DNA of 64,000 nucleotides from Salpingoeca rosetta (GCA_033442325.1 JAWQFM010000021.1:344040-408039), one strand, 5' to 3'; positions 27,712-47,519 are shown, numbered from the stretch's first letter. The notes: generated by a model not told the origin, from the sequence alone. A program made the numbers and translations.

Positions 27712-28766
27712 TCACCCTCGCAGGTGATGCGCAGTTGACGAGTGATACGGGGTGGGGGTGCACGTACAGGTCTGGCCAGATGCTGCTGGCGCAGGCGCTC
27801 ATGAGCAACGCAGAGCCGTCTGCCCGCATGCAGCGGCTGGAGGGCGTGCGCCCGTCCACGTGGCAGCACGAGGAAACAAAACGGGCGGTGCTGTCCATGT
27901 TCCAGGACTCGCACGACCCGGCCGCCTTCTTCTCCATCCAGCACATGGCCGAGACCTCGTTTGTTGTCCGCAAGAAACCGGGGCAGTGGCTCTCCCCAAG
28001 CGAAGTCGCACTCATCATCAGGTGTGTGTATGTATGTATGTGTGCGTGTGTGTGCGCGCGTGTATGTGTATGTGTATGTGTATGTGTATGTGTGTGTGTG
28101 CGTGTGTCTGTGTGTCAGTGTCTGTGTGTCTGACTCTCTGTGTGCGCGTGCACGCTGCTCACACGTACGGTGATCGCCAACTCTATTTGCTCCCCTATCT
28201 CCCTCCCTCCCTCCCTCGCTGCACCGCCACCTCCAGGCGCCTCAACCCACCGGAAACAGGAATGCGCGTCCGCATCGTCAACGACACGCTCCTCTCAACG
28301 CGACGCATCCGTTAGTCGCTGCAGCCAACGCCATGGGCTGTGTCTTGTCTCTGTGATTGTGTGTGTGGGTGTGGGTGTGGGTGTGGGTGTCTGTGTGATT
28401 ATGTCTACGTGTGGGTGTGTGGGTGTGTGATTGTGTCTTTGTGTATGTGTGTGCGATTGTGTGTGTACATGAGAGACTAAGATTCGCGGTAACAGCACAT
28501 GTCAGCAACAACAACAACCCAACCTGACGAGCTTACGCTTCGCACACGTGTGCACCCCCTCGCCCCTTCCTCTTCAGTGGCTGGAGAGCCGTGGATGCCG
28601 ACGCTGCTGATGATTCCTCTTCGCGCAGGTCTCGACACGCTCCAGCCAGAATCAGTGCCCGCTTTCGTGGTACGCTGCCGTTCTCGTTGCTGCTGCTGCT
28701 TTTGCTGTTGTTCCTGTTGTTATTCCTGGTGATGGTAATTGTGATGGTGGTGGCTTTCGTGTCCTG

Positions 28767-28830
<64 letters not shown>

Positions 28831-30815
28831 CGGCCTCCTCCTCCTCCTTCTTCTTCTGCTGATAATATTCGGACCTCGCACTTGCGCATTCGCGTTTTCG
28901 CCATGCCTGCTCCACTCACCAACAACCAACCAACCGATTGCTGTTAGGCGTTCTTTGACTGGCCGTGGTGCGTTGGTGCCATTGGCGGCAAGCCCGGCTC
29001 TGCATACTACTACGTGGGCATTGACCATGACAGTGAGTCCCACACACGCACACACACACACACACATGCACACACACGCACGTTGCACATTGACGTCGTT
29101 CGAATCGCACTTACACACACGCACAACACGCACAACTCGCACACTCTCTCATACACTCGCGTGCCGTACTTTTCGTTGCATCAGGACGGCGCGTGCTGTA
29201 TTTGGATCCGCACACAACGCGATCACGCCTCGACCTCTCCAACCAGGCCGCTGAAAAGGTGGGCTGTGATGTGTGTGGGGGGATTGTGTGTGTACGTGTG
29301 TGTATGTGTGTGCGTGTGTGTTTGTCTGTCTGTCTATCTGTCTGTCCGCCTGTGCGTAGCACTGGCCCCTTGTGTCATTCGCCGCTTTTCTGACACACAC
29401 ACACACGAAAACGCATACCAATGAACCCTAGACTTGCGTTCCGGACAAACTCAAGTCCATGGACATGTCGAAATCCTGCTCCTCCATCTGCGTGGTGCGC
29501 ATGTGCACATGTGTGTCATGTTTGCGTCATGTGCTGCGCTTGTTCCTTGCATGCAACTCGCCTTGTTCGTTTGTCTGGTTCTTTTGCCGTGTCCTCTTTC
29601 CTGCAACTGCTTGTTCTTACACCATGCATCTGTACCACGGTGTGTGCGTGTGTGTGCAGGGTTTGTTTCTTCCAGAGCTCCGCGACCTGACAGAACTCGT
29701 GCAACGCTACAAGAGGGTGTGTGTGTGTGTGCGTGTGTGTGTGTGTGTGTGTGTGCTTGCTTGCTTGCGTGGTCCTGGAGTTGGCTGTGACCCATTGTGC
29801 CTTTCCTCTGCAGCCATATAAGTGCGAGCACAGGCGGTTCACTCATCACCAAGACATTTCGTCGCTCCCTGTTGCCCAATGCTTCAACCACGACCTCAAC
29901 TCACCGGCCCTCGGCTGCTCTGTGTGTATTTTGTGTGCGTGTGTCTATTGTGTGTGTGTGTGTGCCTGTGTATTTTGTGCCTGTGTATTTTGTGTGTGTG
30001 TGTGTGTGTGTGCCTGTGTATTTTGTGTGTGTGTGTGTGCAGGAACAATTGTCCGGCATGTGGAGCACCCCACTCTTCCACGTAGTCAACGACGCCGGCC
30101 TGTCGATATCAGAAGGTGATATTGGCTGACAATGCACTCGACGAGCAATGCTTTGCTTTTTTTTTTTTTTGGCTCACACACCCACAAACAAAGTCTCACT
30201 CACTCACTCACTCACTCACTCACTCACGCACGCACGCACGCACGCACGCACTCACTCACTCACTCACTCACTCACTTGTACACGTTTACGCCCACACATG
30301 CAACACCAGAGCCCCACATGGATGGGTCTGTGGTTGAGACGACATTCAGCGCATCGACAGACATGCGTGCGCGCGGGCCGCCAAGTGTGCCGCGACCACG
30401 CAGGCGGCACGTGGGTACAGCACAACCCGGCCCCTCCACGGCGTCGCCGGCGTCTTCTTCATCATCGTCGGCATCGTCATCTTCCGCACATGCACGGCCC
30501 AATCTCGCCCGCCGGTTCACCGTTGCCGCTGGCCCCCTCTCCAGACGCATGCCCATGGCGGATGCCGAACTGCACTTTGCATCGCACCAACAGCAAGCAC
30601 CGTCGCCACGTGCACCGCTTCGTGCAAACCACACGCGGCAGCCGCAGCCCACCACAGCAACACCAGCGTCGACCACGGCAACAGCGCCAGCAGCACCCAC
30701 ACACCCGGCGCCGCCAGCAGCACCGCCGTATCTGGCACAACAGCAAGAATTTACCGAGGAGGAAGATGATGAGGACGGCTTTGTCGTAATTGACTATGCA
30801 CCGCCAGAGTCGTGA
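27011..30815 (+). CDS. ATG4: Autophagy cysteine protease ATG4 (peptidase C54)
   Basis: VWLTYRKGYDPI, catalytic Cys motif SDTGWGCTYRSGQMLLAQAL, KPGQWLSPS, LLMIPLRAG, GAIGGKPGSAYYYVG and Asp-His motif LYLDPH. Acidic C-terminal LIR-like DEDGFVVI; stop at 30813-30815. Start codon is approximate. Confidence 0.92.
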
Positions 30816-31145
30816 CGTGATCGACACGGGCGACGGGCGCTTGTGCATGTGTGTGCTAGTGTGGGTGTGAAAGTTAACGCGTGGTGCACATGCAGGTTTG
30901 ATGGAGGACAGGAAGTGTGAGTAAGAATGGTGATTGTGTGTGGTGGTAAAGGCAAAGCGGTGTGATTACGGCACGCGCTGTGTGCTATGACTGCTACGTC
31001 CCTTGATGAATAATGTCATCGTCGTCGACATCACCATCTGTCGTTGTTTTCTTGTCTTTCATTGTCCAGCGACGTACTCTCGAATTACACGACCTGAGAT
31101 TTTTTCAAACAGAGTGATGATTGGCTTGGATAGATCATCATCATC

Positions 31146-31249
<104 letters not shown>

Positions 31250-31617
31250 CCACACACCACACACACACGCGCGCGCGCGCGCACGCACACACACGCACGC
31301 AACAATGGCCCGCCAAATCGTTGCACGCAACAGCACAATTTGTGCCCACCCTCCAAGTATGATCCATTTTTTATGCTGATTTTACCTGCATCTGTTGTAT
31401 CATCACAAAGACTTTCGCAAAACGTCGTATGCGCTTATCACCCGTGCAGTCAACACAGTTCCCGCCTGCTTGCTGCTGTGGGAATTTTCAAAAGCAGATG
31501 CTTCTGCGTTTGCGCACAAGATTTCATGCCCTGCACACTGCATCAGTCTCCATTTGCATCTCTTCCTCGTTCTTGAGACTGTCTCGTGTGTGGTGGTGGT
31601 CTTGAGCGTCGGCTACC

Positions 31618-33554
31618 ATGAGTTTGAAGTTCGTCCCAGGGCGGACCACAGCCGTCGATGTCGACAGCCTCGATGAGGTTCGTAGCACACCGCATGTGTG
31701 TGTGTGTGTGCGTTATGTTGTAGATTGGCTGTTATGTTCGCTGTCACGTCGGGGTCGTTTGCGCGCCCGAAAAGTGTGACGCGAACACGAGGGCGATGTG
31801 GCCGCAGTTCCAGATCGAGTGGTTCAACCTGCCTCAAGCTCGACACAATGTGCCATCTCCTTCATCGGCTGATACTTTCTTCACGCCACTTCTTCCCACT
31901 TACTCACAAACACATAAACACCTGTTGTGGATGTATGTTCGCGATGCAGCTGAGCGCACTTCGGTCGGCCAGTTACTACAACGCCACCCGCAACTCTGCA
32001 GCCCAGGCTGCATCGTCGTCGTCCACGGCCGCGGCAAACGGCACTGCTGCTGCCAACAACACCAGCAGCGCCCCTCAGGATGTCAAGACGACATCGTTCT
32101 CTGCCGACAAGTCAGGTGCAGCGGAGAAGCCCCAGCCGGCTAGTTCCGCCAAGCCCGTCCCAAAGGCTGCCCAGCTGGACGAAGAAGCTGAGGCCAAAGT
32201 CATGCAGATCAAGATGGTACGCAATCCGACATGTGTGTGTGTGTGTGTGTGGTGCACGTGTGTGAGTGTGTGCGGGTGTGTAACGAAACTATGGTGTGCA
32301 GTTGTGGTATGCGTGTAGTCGACAACTGCACTTCACGTGTGTGAGTCAGCCACAGCTTGCACGCCATCCCTCAGACTCAAATACCACGTACACACACATA
32401 CGACATACACACACGCGCCATGCACACACACGACACACACACACATTGTCTGCTTACAAACAACAAACAACAAACAACAGTATCAGCATCAGCCGTCTCT
32501 GGAGGAGATCTTCTCCGAGTATGAGACCTCTACTGTTGGCATCAGTTCTGCCGAGGCAAAGCACAGGCTCGAGCGCGATGGCCCCAACATCCTCAAGCCA
32601 CATAAGGCAACGCCAGAGTGGGTGAAGTTCCTCAAGCAGATGGTCGGTGGCTTCTCCTCCCTGCTGTGGATTGGCTCCATTCTCTGTTTCATCGCCTACG
32701 GTATCCAGTCTTCCGAGGGCAACCCGGCTCCAGACAACGTACGTGTGTGTGAGTGTGTGTGCTTTTGTGCGGATATTTGCGTGTGTGTGTGTGTGTGTGT
32801 GACCACGTGCAAACGATGTGCGTTGCTTGTGTAGAGGTCCGCGATTGAATACTGCAATCTCACATGTGCTGTTCCACATCGACAGCTTTTCCTTGGCGTC
32901 GTCCTCTCTGGCGTCGTCGTCATCACCGGTGTCTTCTCCTACTTCCAGGCACGTTGTCGATGACACTGCAACACATTGCATCCCTTGCATCTTCATGCGC
33001 TGAGGACGGGTGTTGGAAATGTTGTTGAGGCACACACCCTTTGTCCCGCTTCAAACACGCACACTCACAACACACAAAAACACACCCACCATTCCTGATT
33101 ACAGGAGAGCAAGTCGTCCTCTGTGGTGAAGAAGTTCTCCAAGCTAGTGCCGCAGAAATGCAACGTGTGGCGTGATGGAAAGCTCATGACGGATGTTGAC
33201 GCTGCGACGCTTGTTGTGGGCGACGTTGTCGACATCAAGTACGGCAACAAGGTCCCCGCTGATATCCGCATTCTCGAGGCGTCCAACCTGAAGGTTCGAC
33301 ATCTCCCAGCAACATCAAACAAATGCTGATCTACAAAACACGACTCTTTTGTTTTTTCTTCACGTCGAGTGTCATGGCCAATTCATCACAATGCCCAACA
33401 TGGCGGTGATGGCTTACACACGTGCATTGCCACAACCAATCCCTTATGTCTGTCTGTCTGTCTGTGTGTGGCTCACTCACTCTCTTACCCACAGACTCTT
33501 AAAACCACACACAACCTCACTCACTCTCACACACACACACACACACGCACTCTA

Positions 33555-33594
<40 letters not shown>

Positions 33595-36500
33595 ACACTC
33601 TCCCTTTCTTACTCACTCACGTGAGCGCAGGTGGACAACTCGTCTCTAACTGGTGAGTCCGAGCCCCAGAAGCGTAGCCCTGAGTGCACGCATGAGGACT
33701 TCCGTGAGACGCAGAACCTCGCCTTCTTCACCACCGATATCCTGGTCGGCTCCGGCAAGGGTCTTGTTGTTGCCACGGGCGATAACACCTACATTGGCCG
33801 CATCAAGCAGCTCGTCGCTGAGACGGACAATGACGGTGCGTTCAGATGTCAGAAATATGCGCAAGCGCATGTGTGGATCGTGTACGCGAGTCCTGCGTGA
33901 GCGTAGGGCGTTCGTGGTGGACTCCAGAGCGTGGCAGGCTTTATGGATGTCTCGAATGCATGCATGTGTCTCATCGCGCGTGCCTCAGTGCTCCTTTACG
34001 CACAACTCACAACACCACTTTGCCTCCGTGCCTTTTTTTTTCTGTCACTGCACGTTGCTGCTTCCAAACTGTGTCTCCTCCTGCAGAGACGCCCATTGCC
34101 AAGGAGATCCATCACTTCATCATGCTCATCACCTCCGTCGCCGTTGTTCTTGGCGTGACCTTCTTCATCCTGGCCTTTGTTTTTGGCTACTTCTGGCTGG
34201 ACGCCGTCATCTTCCTCATTGGCATCATCGTCGCCAACGTGCCCGAGGGTCTCCTGGCCACGGTGACGGTGTCACTCACGCTGACGGCGCTGCGCATGGC
34301 GGACAAGAACGTGCTTGTGAAGCAGCTGGAGTCTGTCGAGACGCTCGGCTCCACCTCCACCATCTGCTCTGACAAGACCGGTACGCTGACCCAGAACAAG
34401 ATGACCGTGGCGCACGTGTTCTACGACGGCGAGATCAAGAACCTTGGCGTGCTCGAGCGCGACATCACCTTCAAGCCCGAGGACCCGTCCTTCCGCGCCC
34501 TGTGGGTCATTGGCCAGCTCTGCAACACCGCCACCTTTGTCTACGACGAGGACTCCACCAAGGATATGCCCTTCCAGCAGCGGTGCGTGCGTTTTGGGAT
34601 GCACGTGCTTGTGTTGATGTGGCCTGTGCATCTGATTTCTGAACAGGCCTTCGCGAGCTTTGCATGTCCTCACAACGCAACCTGCATTTCAGCGTTGTAC
34701 CTCACCTCAAACGCGTTGCTTTCCTCAAAGACGTTTCCTTCCTTCTTGTCTCACTTAATAATCTTTTCTCTCTCTCTCTGTCTCCCACTCCCACCCACGC
34801 ACACACACAACACCTCTGCACATACAACAACACGTACACACACACTCACACTCACACTCACACTCACACGCACACACACACCTCTGCACATACAACAACA
34901 CGTACACACACACACACACTCTCTCTCTCTCTCTCTGTGTGTTGTGGTTGTCGGTCTCTTTTTCGCGCTGACATGACAGCAAGACGAACGGTGATGCGTC
35001 CGAGTCTGCCATCCTCAAGTTCTGCGATGCTGTTGGTGCTGAGAACACTTCCAAGGGCTACGAGGAGAGCCCTGCTTACCGCGAGAAGAACACCAAGGTG
35101 CTCAACATCCCCTTCAACTCGAGCAACAAGTTTGCTGGTTCCGTGCACAAGACCGCCGATGGCCGCGAGGACGGCAAGCTGCTGTTTGTCATGAAGGGCG
35201 CACCCGAGCGCATCATTGCCCGCTGCAGCAAGATGCTCATTGACGGCAAGGAGGTTCCCTTCACGGACGACCTGCGCAAGAAATACGATCTCGGCTATGA
35301 GGATCTGGGCCGCAACGGCGAGCGCGTGCTCGGCTTTGCCCACACCTACCTGCCCAAGGACAAGTACCCTCAGGACTTTGAGTTTGAGGCTGAGGAGCCG
35401 TTCAACGGTCTGCTTGACCTGCACGACATGACCTTTGTTGGTCTGATGGCCCTGATTGACCCGCCCCGCGAGGCCGTCCCCAGCGCCGTCGCCAACTGCC
35501 AGAGCGCCGGTATCCAGGTCATCATGGTCACCGGCGACCACCCCATCACCGCCAAGGTACTTGTGTGTGTGTGTGTGTGTGTGCGTGTGTATGAATTGCT
35601 TGCACATGTATTCCGCTCAGTGAGTGCGGCTACGACCTTCCTTCCTTCCTTGCTTTGTTTCCATCTTTGACTGACTTTTGTTTGTACCCCCGGCTGTTTC
35701 AATGTGCAACCCACCTTCCTACACGCAGGCCATTGCCCGCTCCGTGAACATCATCACGTACGACACTGCTGAGGATCTTGCTGAGCAGCGTGGTCTCACC
35801 CAGCGCGGCGGCACCAAGTTTGAGGAGCTTGACAAGCACACCCAGCAGAAGCTCCACGATGAGGCCAGGGCCCAGGGTAAGACACGGCAGAGTTGTGGTT
35901 GTGTGTGTGTGTGTGTGTGAAAGCATTGTGTTCGTACCGGAAATTGTGATCTGCTGAAGTCGCAGTACGAACGCTGATGGGACGCGATGCTTGACGTGCA
36001 ATACAGTCAGCCATTTGTCCACAACTCACATTGGACACCCTTGTGCGCACATGCCTTGTCCCCTCGTCTTCTCCCCCCTCCTCTTCCTCTTCGCTCGCCT
36101 TCCTCGCGTATGTGATGCCGTGGTGGTGCAGTTGTGACCGGCAGCGAACTGCGTGATATGTCTGAGAAGGACCTTGATCGCGTGCTGCAGCACGAGCAGA
36201 TTGTCTTTGCCCGTACCTCCCCCGAGCAGAAGCTGCAGATTGTGCAGGGTTGCCAGCGCCGTGGTGATGTTGTTGCCGTGACTGGCGACGGTGTGAACGA
36301 CTCTCCTGCTCTCCGCGCCGCCGATATTGGTGTTGCCATGGGCATTGCCGGTCAGTCGCACAGACATGCAGTGTGTGTGAGTGTGAGAGAAAGAGGGAGA
36401 GAAGAGGGGGGTGTGTTTGTGTATATCTGTGTGAGTATGTGTGTGTGAGAGAGAGAGAGAGAGCAAGGGAAGGCGCAAGAGAAAGTTGAAGGCGTGGCAA

Positions 36501-37074
36501 AGAGTTGGTAAAACGTTATGTTTGACATGGGTATTCATACATCCCGGCGCACATGTTCATGTGTTTGCAGGTTCCGATGTGTCCAAGGGCGCTGCGGATA
36601 TGATTCTGATGGACGATGACTTTTCGTCCATTGTAAAGGGTGTTGAGGAAGGCCGCCTCATCTTCGACAACCTGAAGAAGTCCATTGCCTACACCCTCAC
36701 CTCCAACATCCCGGAGATCTCGCCCTTCCTCATCTTCATCCTGGTGCAGGTGCCGCTTCCGCTCAGCACCATCATGATCCTGGCCATTGACCTTGGTACG
36801 GATCTGTACCCGGCCATCTCCCTGGCGTACGAGCGCGCTGAGGACGACATCATGGACCGTCCACCACGTGACGCCAAGTCTGACAGGCTCGTCACGGGCC
36901 GTCTGCTGCAGATGACCTACCTGCAGATTGGCGTGATCCAGGCCCTTGCCGGCTTCTTCTGCTACTTTGTCGTCATGGGCGACTTTGGCTTCCTGCCTTC
37001 TCGCCTGCCCGGTCTCCGAGACAGCTGGGACGACGAGGACGTGGAGCAGCTCCGTGATTCTTACGGCAACGAAT

Positions 37075-37112
<38 letters not shown>

Positions 37113-37590
37113 TTTGCGGTGGGGTGTGGGGGTGTCGGGAGCGTGTGACATGTATGGTAAATGCGTGGCGCATGCGTTAATGTGTGCTGCATTTTATGCT
37201 CGAGTTGTGTACATGTCGTGAAGTTGTAAACACGTTTGTTTTGTTGTAAGCTAGTCGCTGTGTCACAAGTGCTCACGTTGTGTTTTGTCACTGCTCAGAC
37301 GTACAACGACCGCAAGGATGTTGAGCGCGCTGCGCAGACCTCCTACTTTGTGTCTATTGTCATTGTGCAGTGGGCTGATCTCATCATCTGCAAGACCCGC
37401 ATGAACACTGTCTTCAAGCAGGGCATGAGGTGCGCGCTTATGTGTGTGTGGGTGTGAATGTGAATGTGTGTGGTTGTGGGTTGTGGGTTGTATTGGCTGT
37501 GGTGGTAGTGGTGCGAGTTGCCGGCAAGTGTGCATCCTATCTGCGTAGTTGTGTTTGCTGGCATTCAGTTGGTTGTACTTGCACGTGTAC

Positions 37591-37633
<43 letters not shown>

Positions 37634-38101
37634 GGTCACCACCACCACCACCACCACCACCACCACCACCACCACCACATGGCAGGAATCGCAACCTGAA
37701 CTTCTCGCTTGTCTTTGAGACGTGTCTTGCGCTCTTCTTGACGTACACCCCCGGCATGAGCTCTGTGTTCCAGACGAGCCCACTTGAGTGGCAGCACTTT
37801 GGCTTCCCCGCCGTCTCCTTCAGCCTCCTCATCTTCGTGTACGACGAGACCCGCCGCTACCTCATGCGCCGCTACCGCCGCAACAACAACAACGAGCCAG
37901 GTACGTGTACGTGCATGTGCGATTGCGTGTGTGTGTGTGAATTTTGTAAATGTGTGTAGAGCTTCCCAACGCTTGTGTTTGTTGTTGTTGTTGTGTGGTT
38001 GGCTTTGGTCGTTCAAGGTTAACGCTAACCCCTCCTCTGACACGCTCCCTTGTTTGCTGGTGCATTCGATAGGCTGGATCCAGCGCGAGACGTACTGGTA
38101 G
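31618..38101 (+). CDS. ATP1A: Na+/K+-transporting P2C ATPase alpha subunit
   Basis: [95 protein letters not shown] (Ser, Na/K type), DLGTD and C-terminal RETYW*. The 5' exons are uncertain. Confidence 0.96.
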
Positions 38102-38743
38102 CCAACACGTCCACGACACGAGCATGACAACAGAGGCAGTGACACGACGTCGCTGCAGTTTGTTGTCTGCTGGTACCCGTTTGCTCCGACGTGTGTCAAG
38201 CACGACCGAGCAACACTGTTCCATGTAACGTATGTAGTTTTGTTGCTTCTTTCCCCCTTTCTTCAATCACCTCCGACAGCTCAGCTCAGCACAGCACACA
38301 CCCATTCATCGGTTCGTGTGCACGTCTGAGATTGTTTGCGTTGTTGTACTGTTGTCTCATGTTGTCTATGTTGTCATTGTTGTGTTGTTTTTATTTCTGT
38401 GTTGGGTCTGTTTCCCAGCGCGTGCGTCACTGCATGTCTGACAACAGACGCTCCATATCCAACCCAATATACACACCCCCGTGACCAAAGCCATGCATGC
38501 TATTGCTGGTAAACAAAAGAAGAGAACACGAAAGAAAAGGGTTGAAGGGAGAGGGTGTGTGTGTGTGACGACAACAACAGCCGTTTCGCTGACGATTTTG
38601 TGCAATTTCTGAAGGACTGCTTTGTTTGGTGCAAGGCGGTGTGCGAATACGAGGCATCAACAGCAACGCCTCAGCAGTTCCTCCTCCTCCTCCTTCCTCT
38701 CCCCACACAGTGTCGTGATCGCACAGCATACAGCATCAGTGCG

Positions 38744-43705
<4,962 letters not shown>

Positions 43706-43720
43706 TCATCATGTGTTGTG

Positions 43721-43832
<112 letters not shown>

Positions 43833-43938
43833 ACTTGTGTTCGTGGTCATTGTAGAATTCTGTTGAATATCATTACACATTTTCCGACTGAAAGCGGACG
43901 TTGGTGAACGACGAAGGACTTCCTAATGTCTGCACCGC

Positions 43939-45734
43939 ATGGTCCGCACTCACAGCACGAGACCAAGCGGCATGGCAGATGGCAAGCAGTGGTTGGCACG
44001 GTTGCTGGCCCGCAGCGAGGAGGTGTTGGGGGATGTGATGCTCTCCCTCAACGATGGTTGGCTGGCTCGTCGCCTCCGCCGATCCCCACAACTCTATCAG
44101 CAGGTGTGGCGTGTGTTGCTGTGCGTGTGTGTGTCTCGTGCACGTGTTCATGTGTGCTTGTGTGTTGTGTGTGTGTGCATTGTGCGTACGTGTGCGTGTG
44201 AGTGTGATCTTCATCGACATCACATTCTCATCATTGCCGTCGGTGCTGTTTGTTGCTATGTAGTTTCGTGCATCAGGGATGTCGTTGCGGGAATTCAAGC
44301 AGAGCTCCGCGGGCCGCTCGCTGTTGGAAGAGGAGTTGGACAGGCTGTGTGCACTGTGCACCTCAATCTCATCCACAACCGCCACCACGCTTGCGCGTAA
44401 TGTCAGCGAACGGATGTCTTCCCAGCCTTCTGCACCACAACTTGTCAGCAAAGGGGAAGGAGCCGAGATGCTCGCTGAACTGCTGTGCTCCATAGGCATG
44501 CTACACATGCAACTGAGCGGGCCTTCCTCCGGCCTCCCATTTACCTCGGCGGCAGCCTTGGTGGACTCAAGCAATTCGGAGCTGCAGTGGATCCACAAAC
44601 ACGTCCAGCGCTTCGCACGCATCGAGACAGAACAAGCAGCTCTTCGATCGCAGCGTACGTTCTCATGTTCGCGAGTCCAGTTGTGGCCGTCGTTGTTGTC
44701 GTTGCAAGGGTTGTTGTAGTTGCTGGTGTCATGTGTTTGTGATTCTGCGTGCGTTTATGCAATACTAGTGTACCGCATGCCTTTGCACGCGCGTGCCATG
44801 CAAACAGCACATGAATGGCACATGGAAAAGCATGCATCAACGCGATTGATTGCGTCAACCTTTTTTCCCGTTCTCATCTCCATCCCCATGCTGCTGTCGT
44901 GCTGTGCTCAAGCAGCAGCGCTACCGCGGCGCACCTGCCCACCATATGCGGCGGTGCCAGTGGAGGACGCATCATCGCTGACAGTGGAGCGGTTTCGCCA
45001 CGAGTACGCCAACCGCCGCAGACCCGTCGTCATCCGTGGACTCAGCGCCGCCGTGCTCGAGGGCGCATGGACGCAGGAGTGGGTTCGCACCATGGTCGGC
45101 CATCGGAAGGTGCTGCATTGGCGTCTCGCGATTGCGTGTGCGGTTGCGTGTGCGGTTGTGAGTGCGTGAGTGAATAAGTGAGTGAATGAGTGAATGAGAG
45201 AGAGTGTGTGGTTGTGTATGATTGTGCGACTGTACTATATTGAAGCTGCTGCTGTCATTGCAATGCTACATGTGCGAGTGCTGTGTGGAATGAAACCCCT
45301 TCGAGTCTGGCAACGCTGCCTCATCATGGCAAATGCGTTGTGCAGGTGACACTGCGCAAGGAGAATCGCAAGTCCTTGCAGTGGGCGCGGCTGGATGCGG
45401 CTGAAACCACCACCATATCCGACTTTCTCGACAAGCGACATGCAGCATACAAGGTGCGTCTGTGTGCATACATGTGTGTGTGTGTAAGTACACGCTGTGT
45501 TAGACTCTCCATGTGTGTGCGTGTGTGTGTGTGTGTCAACAAATGCACTGTGCTCACATGCTGTTCGCCTCTCCAACAAACACAAACACAGAAGCACTAC
45601 GTCTTTGACCAGAGCCTTCAACTGCATTTACCAGAGCTTATGGCACACTTCCACATCCCCAAATATTTTGAACATGTGTGTGTGTGTGTGTGTGCTCGTG
45701 TGTGTGTGTGCGTGCGTGTGTGTGTGTGCGTGTG

Positions 45735-45769
<35 letters not shown>

Positions 45770-47187
45770 GTGACATGACGTGCCACTTGCTTTGTTTCTG
45801 AACCGCATCCCCTCTTCACACGCCACCCCACCCTTTCCTGTGGTTTGCCACAACGCCACAGGAGTTTCTTCACCAATTGGAACCAAACAGGTTCGTGTGT
45901 GCGTATATGCATGTGTGTATCTGCACGCATGCTTTTCAATCACGTGCGTAGAGGTGTTCAATATAGTTACCATCCAACAGACACAGACACACACAGACAC
46001 AGACAGACACACGCAGACACACACAGACACACATACCATCTCATTCACTCACATGCATGACCTCTCTTTCTCTTGCGCGCAGCAAGTATGCGAGGTCGTG
46101 GCCGAGTTTGTTCATTGGAAACGCGGGCGTTGTGAGTGATTTGCACGTGGACGCATTTGCCAGCAACTTTTGGATGTTTCTTGTGAGCGGCGTGAAGCGG
46201 TGGATCTTCTTTCCACCCGGTGACACACCGAAACTCAACCCCGATCTCACCGAAGCCGGACAACTTTCGTTCAAGGTGACACTGCTGATGGTGATGGTGA
46301 TGCATGTAGCATTACGCCTACCTTGACATTTGATGCTCTGCTTATCACATCACATCACGGGCGCATGTTTGAACTTTCTGCTTTAACGTATTACCATGTA
46401 CACATTACATGCACTCATCGGCTGCATGTGCACTCCTTTCCTACAGGTGCACCCGTTTGACCATTCACCAGGAGAGGCGTGTCCGCATGACTTGTATGCT
46501 TGCACGCAACCGCTCATGTGCGATCTTCAAGCTGGCGAACTGCTGTTTGTTCCGTCCGGTTCCCCGCATGCCGTCCAGAACATCACAGACTCCATTGCAG
46601 TGCGTTTTGATGGCGTGCAAACGTGTTCATGTGTGTAGCATGAACTTCATTTCATGTTCTGTTTCAGTGCAACGACGGCACTCGCACAGTGACACTCCAC
46701 CCTCCACGACCCTTCTTTCACACACACACACACACACTCATGCACACGCGTGGCTGCAGGTGTCTGGCAACTTTGTTGACGATTCCAACATCGATGCTGT
46801 GCTGGTTCGTCTTCAGCCAACACGTGTGTGTGTGTGTATGTGCTTACCTCGTTCTCACATGCCCAGTGCTGCTTCTTGCCGCTCACACACACACACACAC
46901 GCACACACACACACACAACACACACACGCACGCGCACACACACACACACACATCTCCAGGAAGCGTTGCGCGTGGACAGGCTTGTTGATCCTGGCGCGGA
47001 GGGTGTGTTGCGGCAGCTGAGCAGGCGAAAGGAAACAGCTGTGACCAAAGAACTCGCAGCATCAGCAGCAACGACGACGGCCACGCCTGCAGAGGAGGCA
47101 GCAGCGACAACGGCAACAGCAGGAGAGGTAGCGACGCACGAGACGCAGGAGTTGCTGCCAGAGAAACGAGCAAAGCAGGAAGAGTGA
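43939..47187 (+). CDS. JmjC (cupin-8) 2-oxoglutarate/Fe(II) oxygenase, JMJD4/JMJD6/JMJD8-like
   Basis: LTVERFRHEYANRRRPVVIRGL, WPSLFIG...SDLHVD (HxD), GVKRWIFFPP, GELLFVPSGSPHAVQN (distal His) and VSGNFVD. The 5' end is uncertain. Confidence 0.85.
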
Positions 47188-47460
47188 GTGTTCCTCTTTG
47201 CATCATGTACATCGCGCTGTTGCGAGCTGGCGTTGGTCAGCACTGTGCGGTTGTTGGATGCGAATGGAGAGTTACGGCCACGCGAGTGTCGATGTTTATT
47301 CGCACAAACATGAAACAACAACGCCAAACAACCAGCAATGCAAGAACAGAGGAAACACGCACGTAGAGGAAGGTCCCGACCGGCAAAGTCACACATGCAC
47401 ACACCACACGCACGCAATTACCATCCCAAAGAAGGTCAGCTTTTCCAGACAGATAAACGG

Positions 47461-47491
<31 letters not shown>

Positions 47492-47519
47492 TGCTGTGAT
47501 GCATCTCGTAAGTGTAACG

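Noticed and set aside
37590-37680. Poly-His or poly-Ser/poly-Pro insertion in the Na+/K+-ATPase
   Set aside because: The (CAT)n(CAC)n tract lies within the intron upstream of the acceptor at about 37685; the flanking exons join as KQGMR|NRNLNF.
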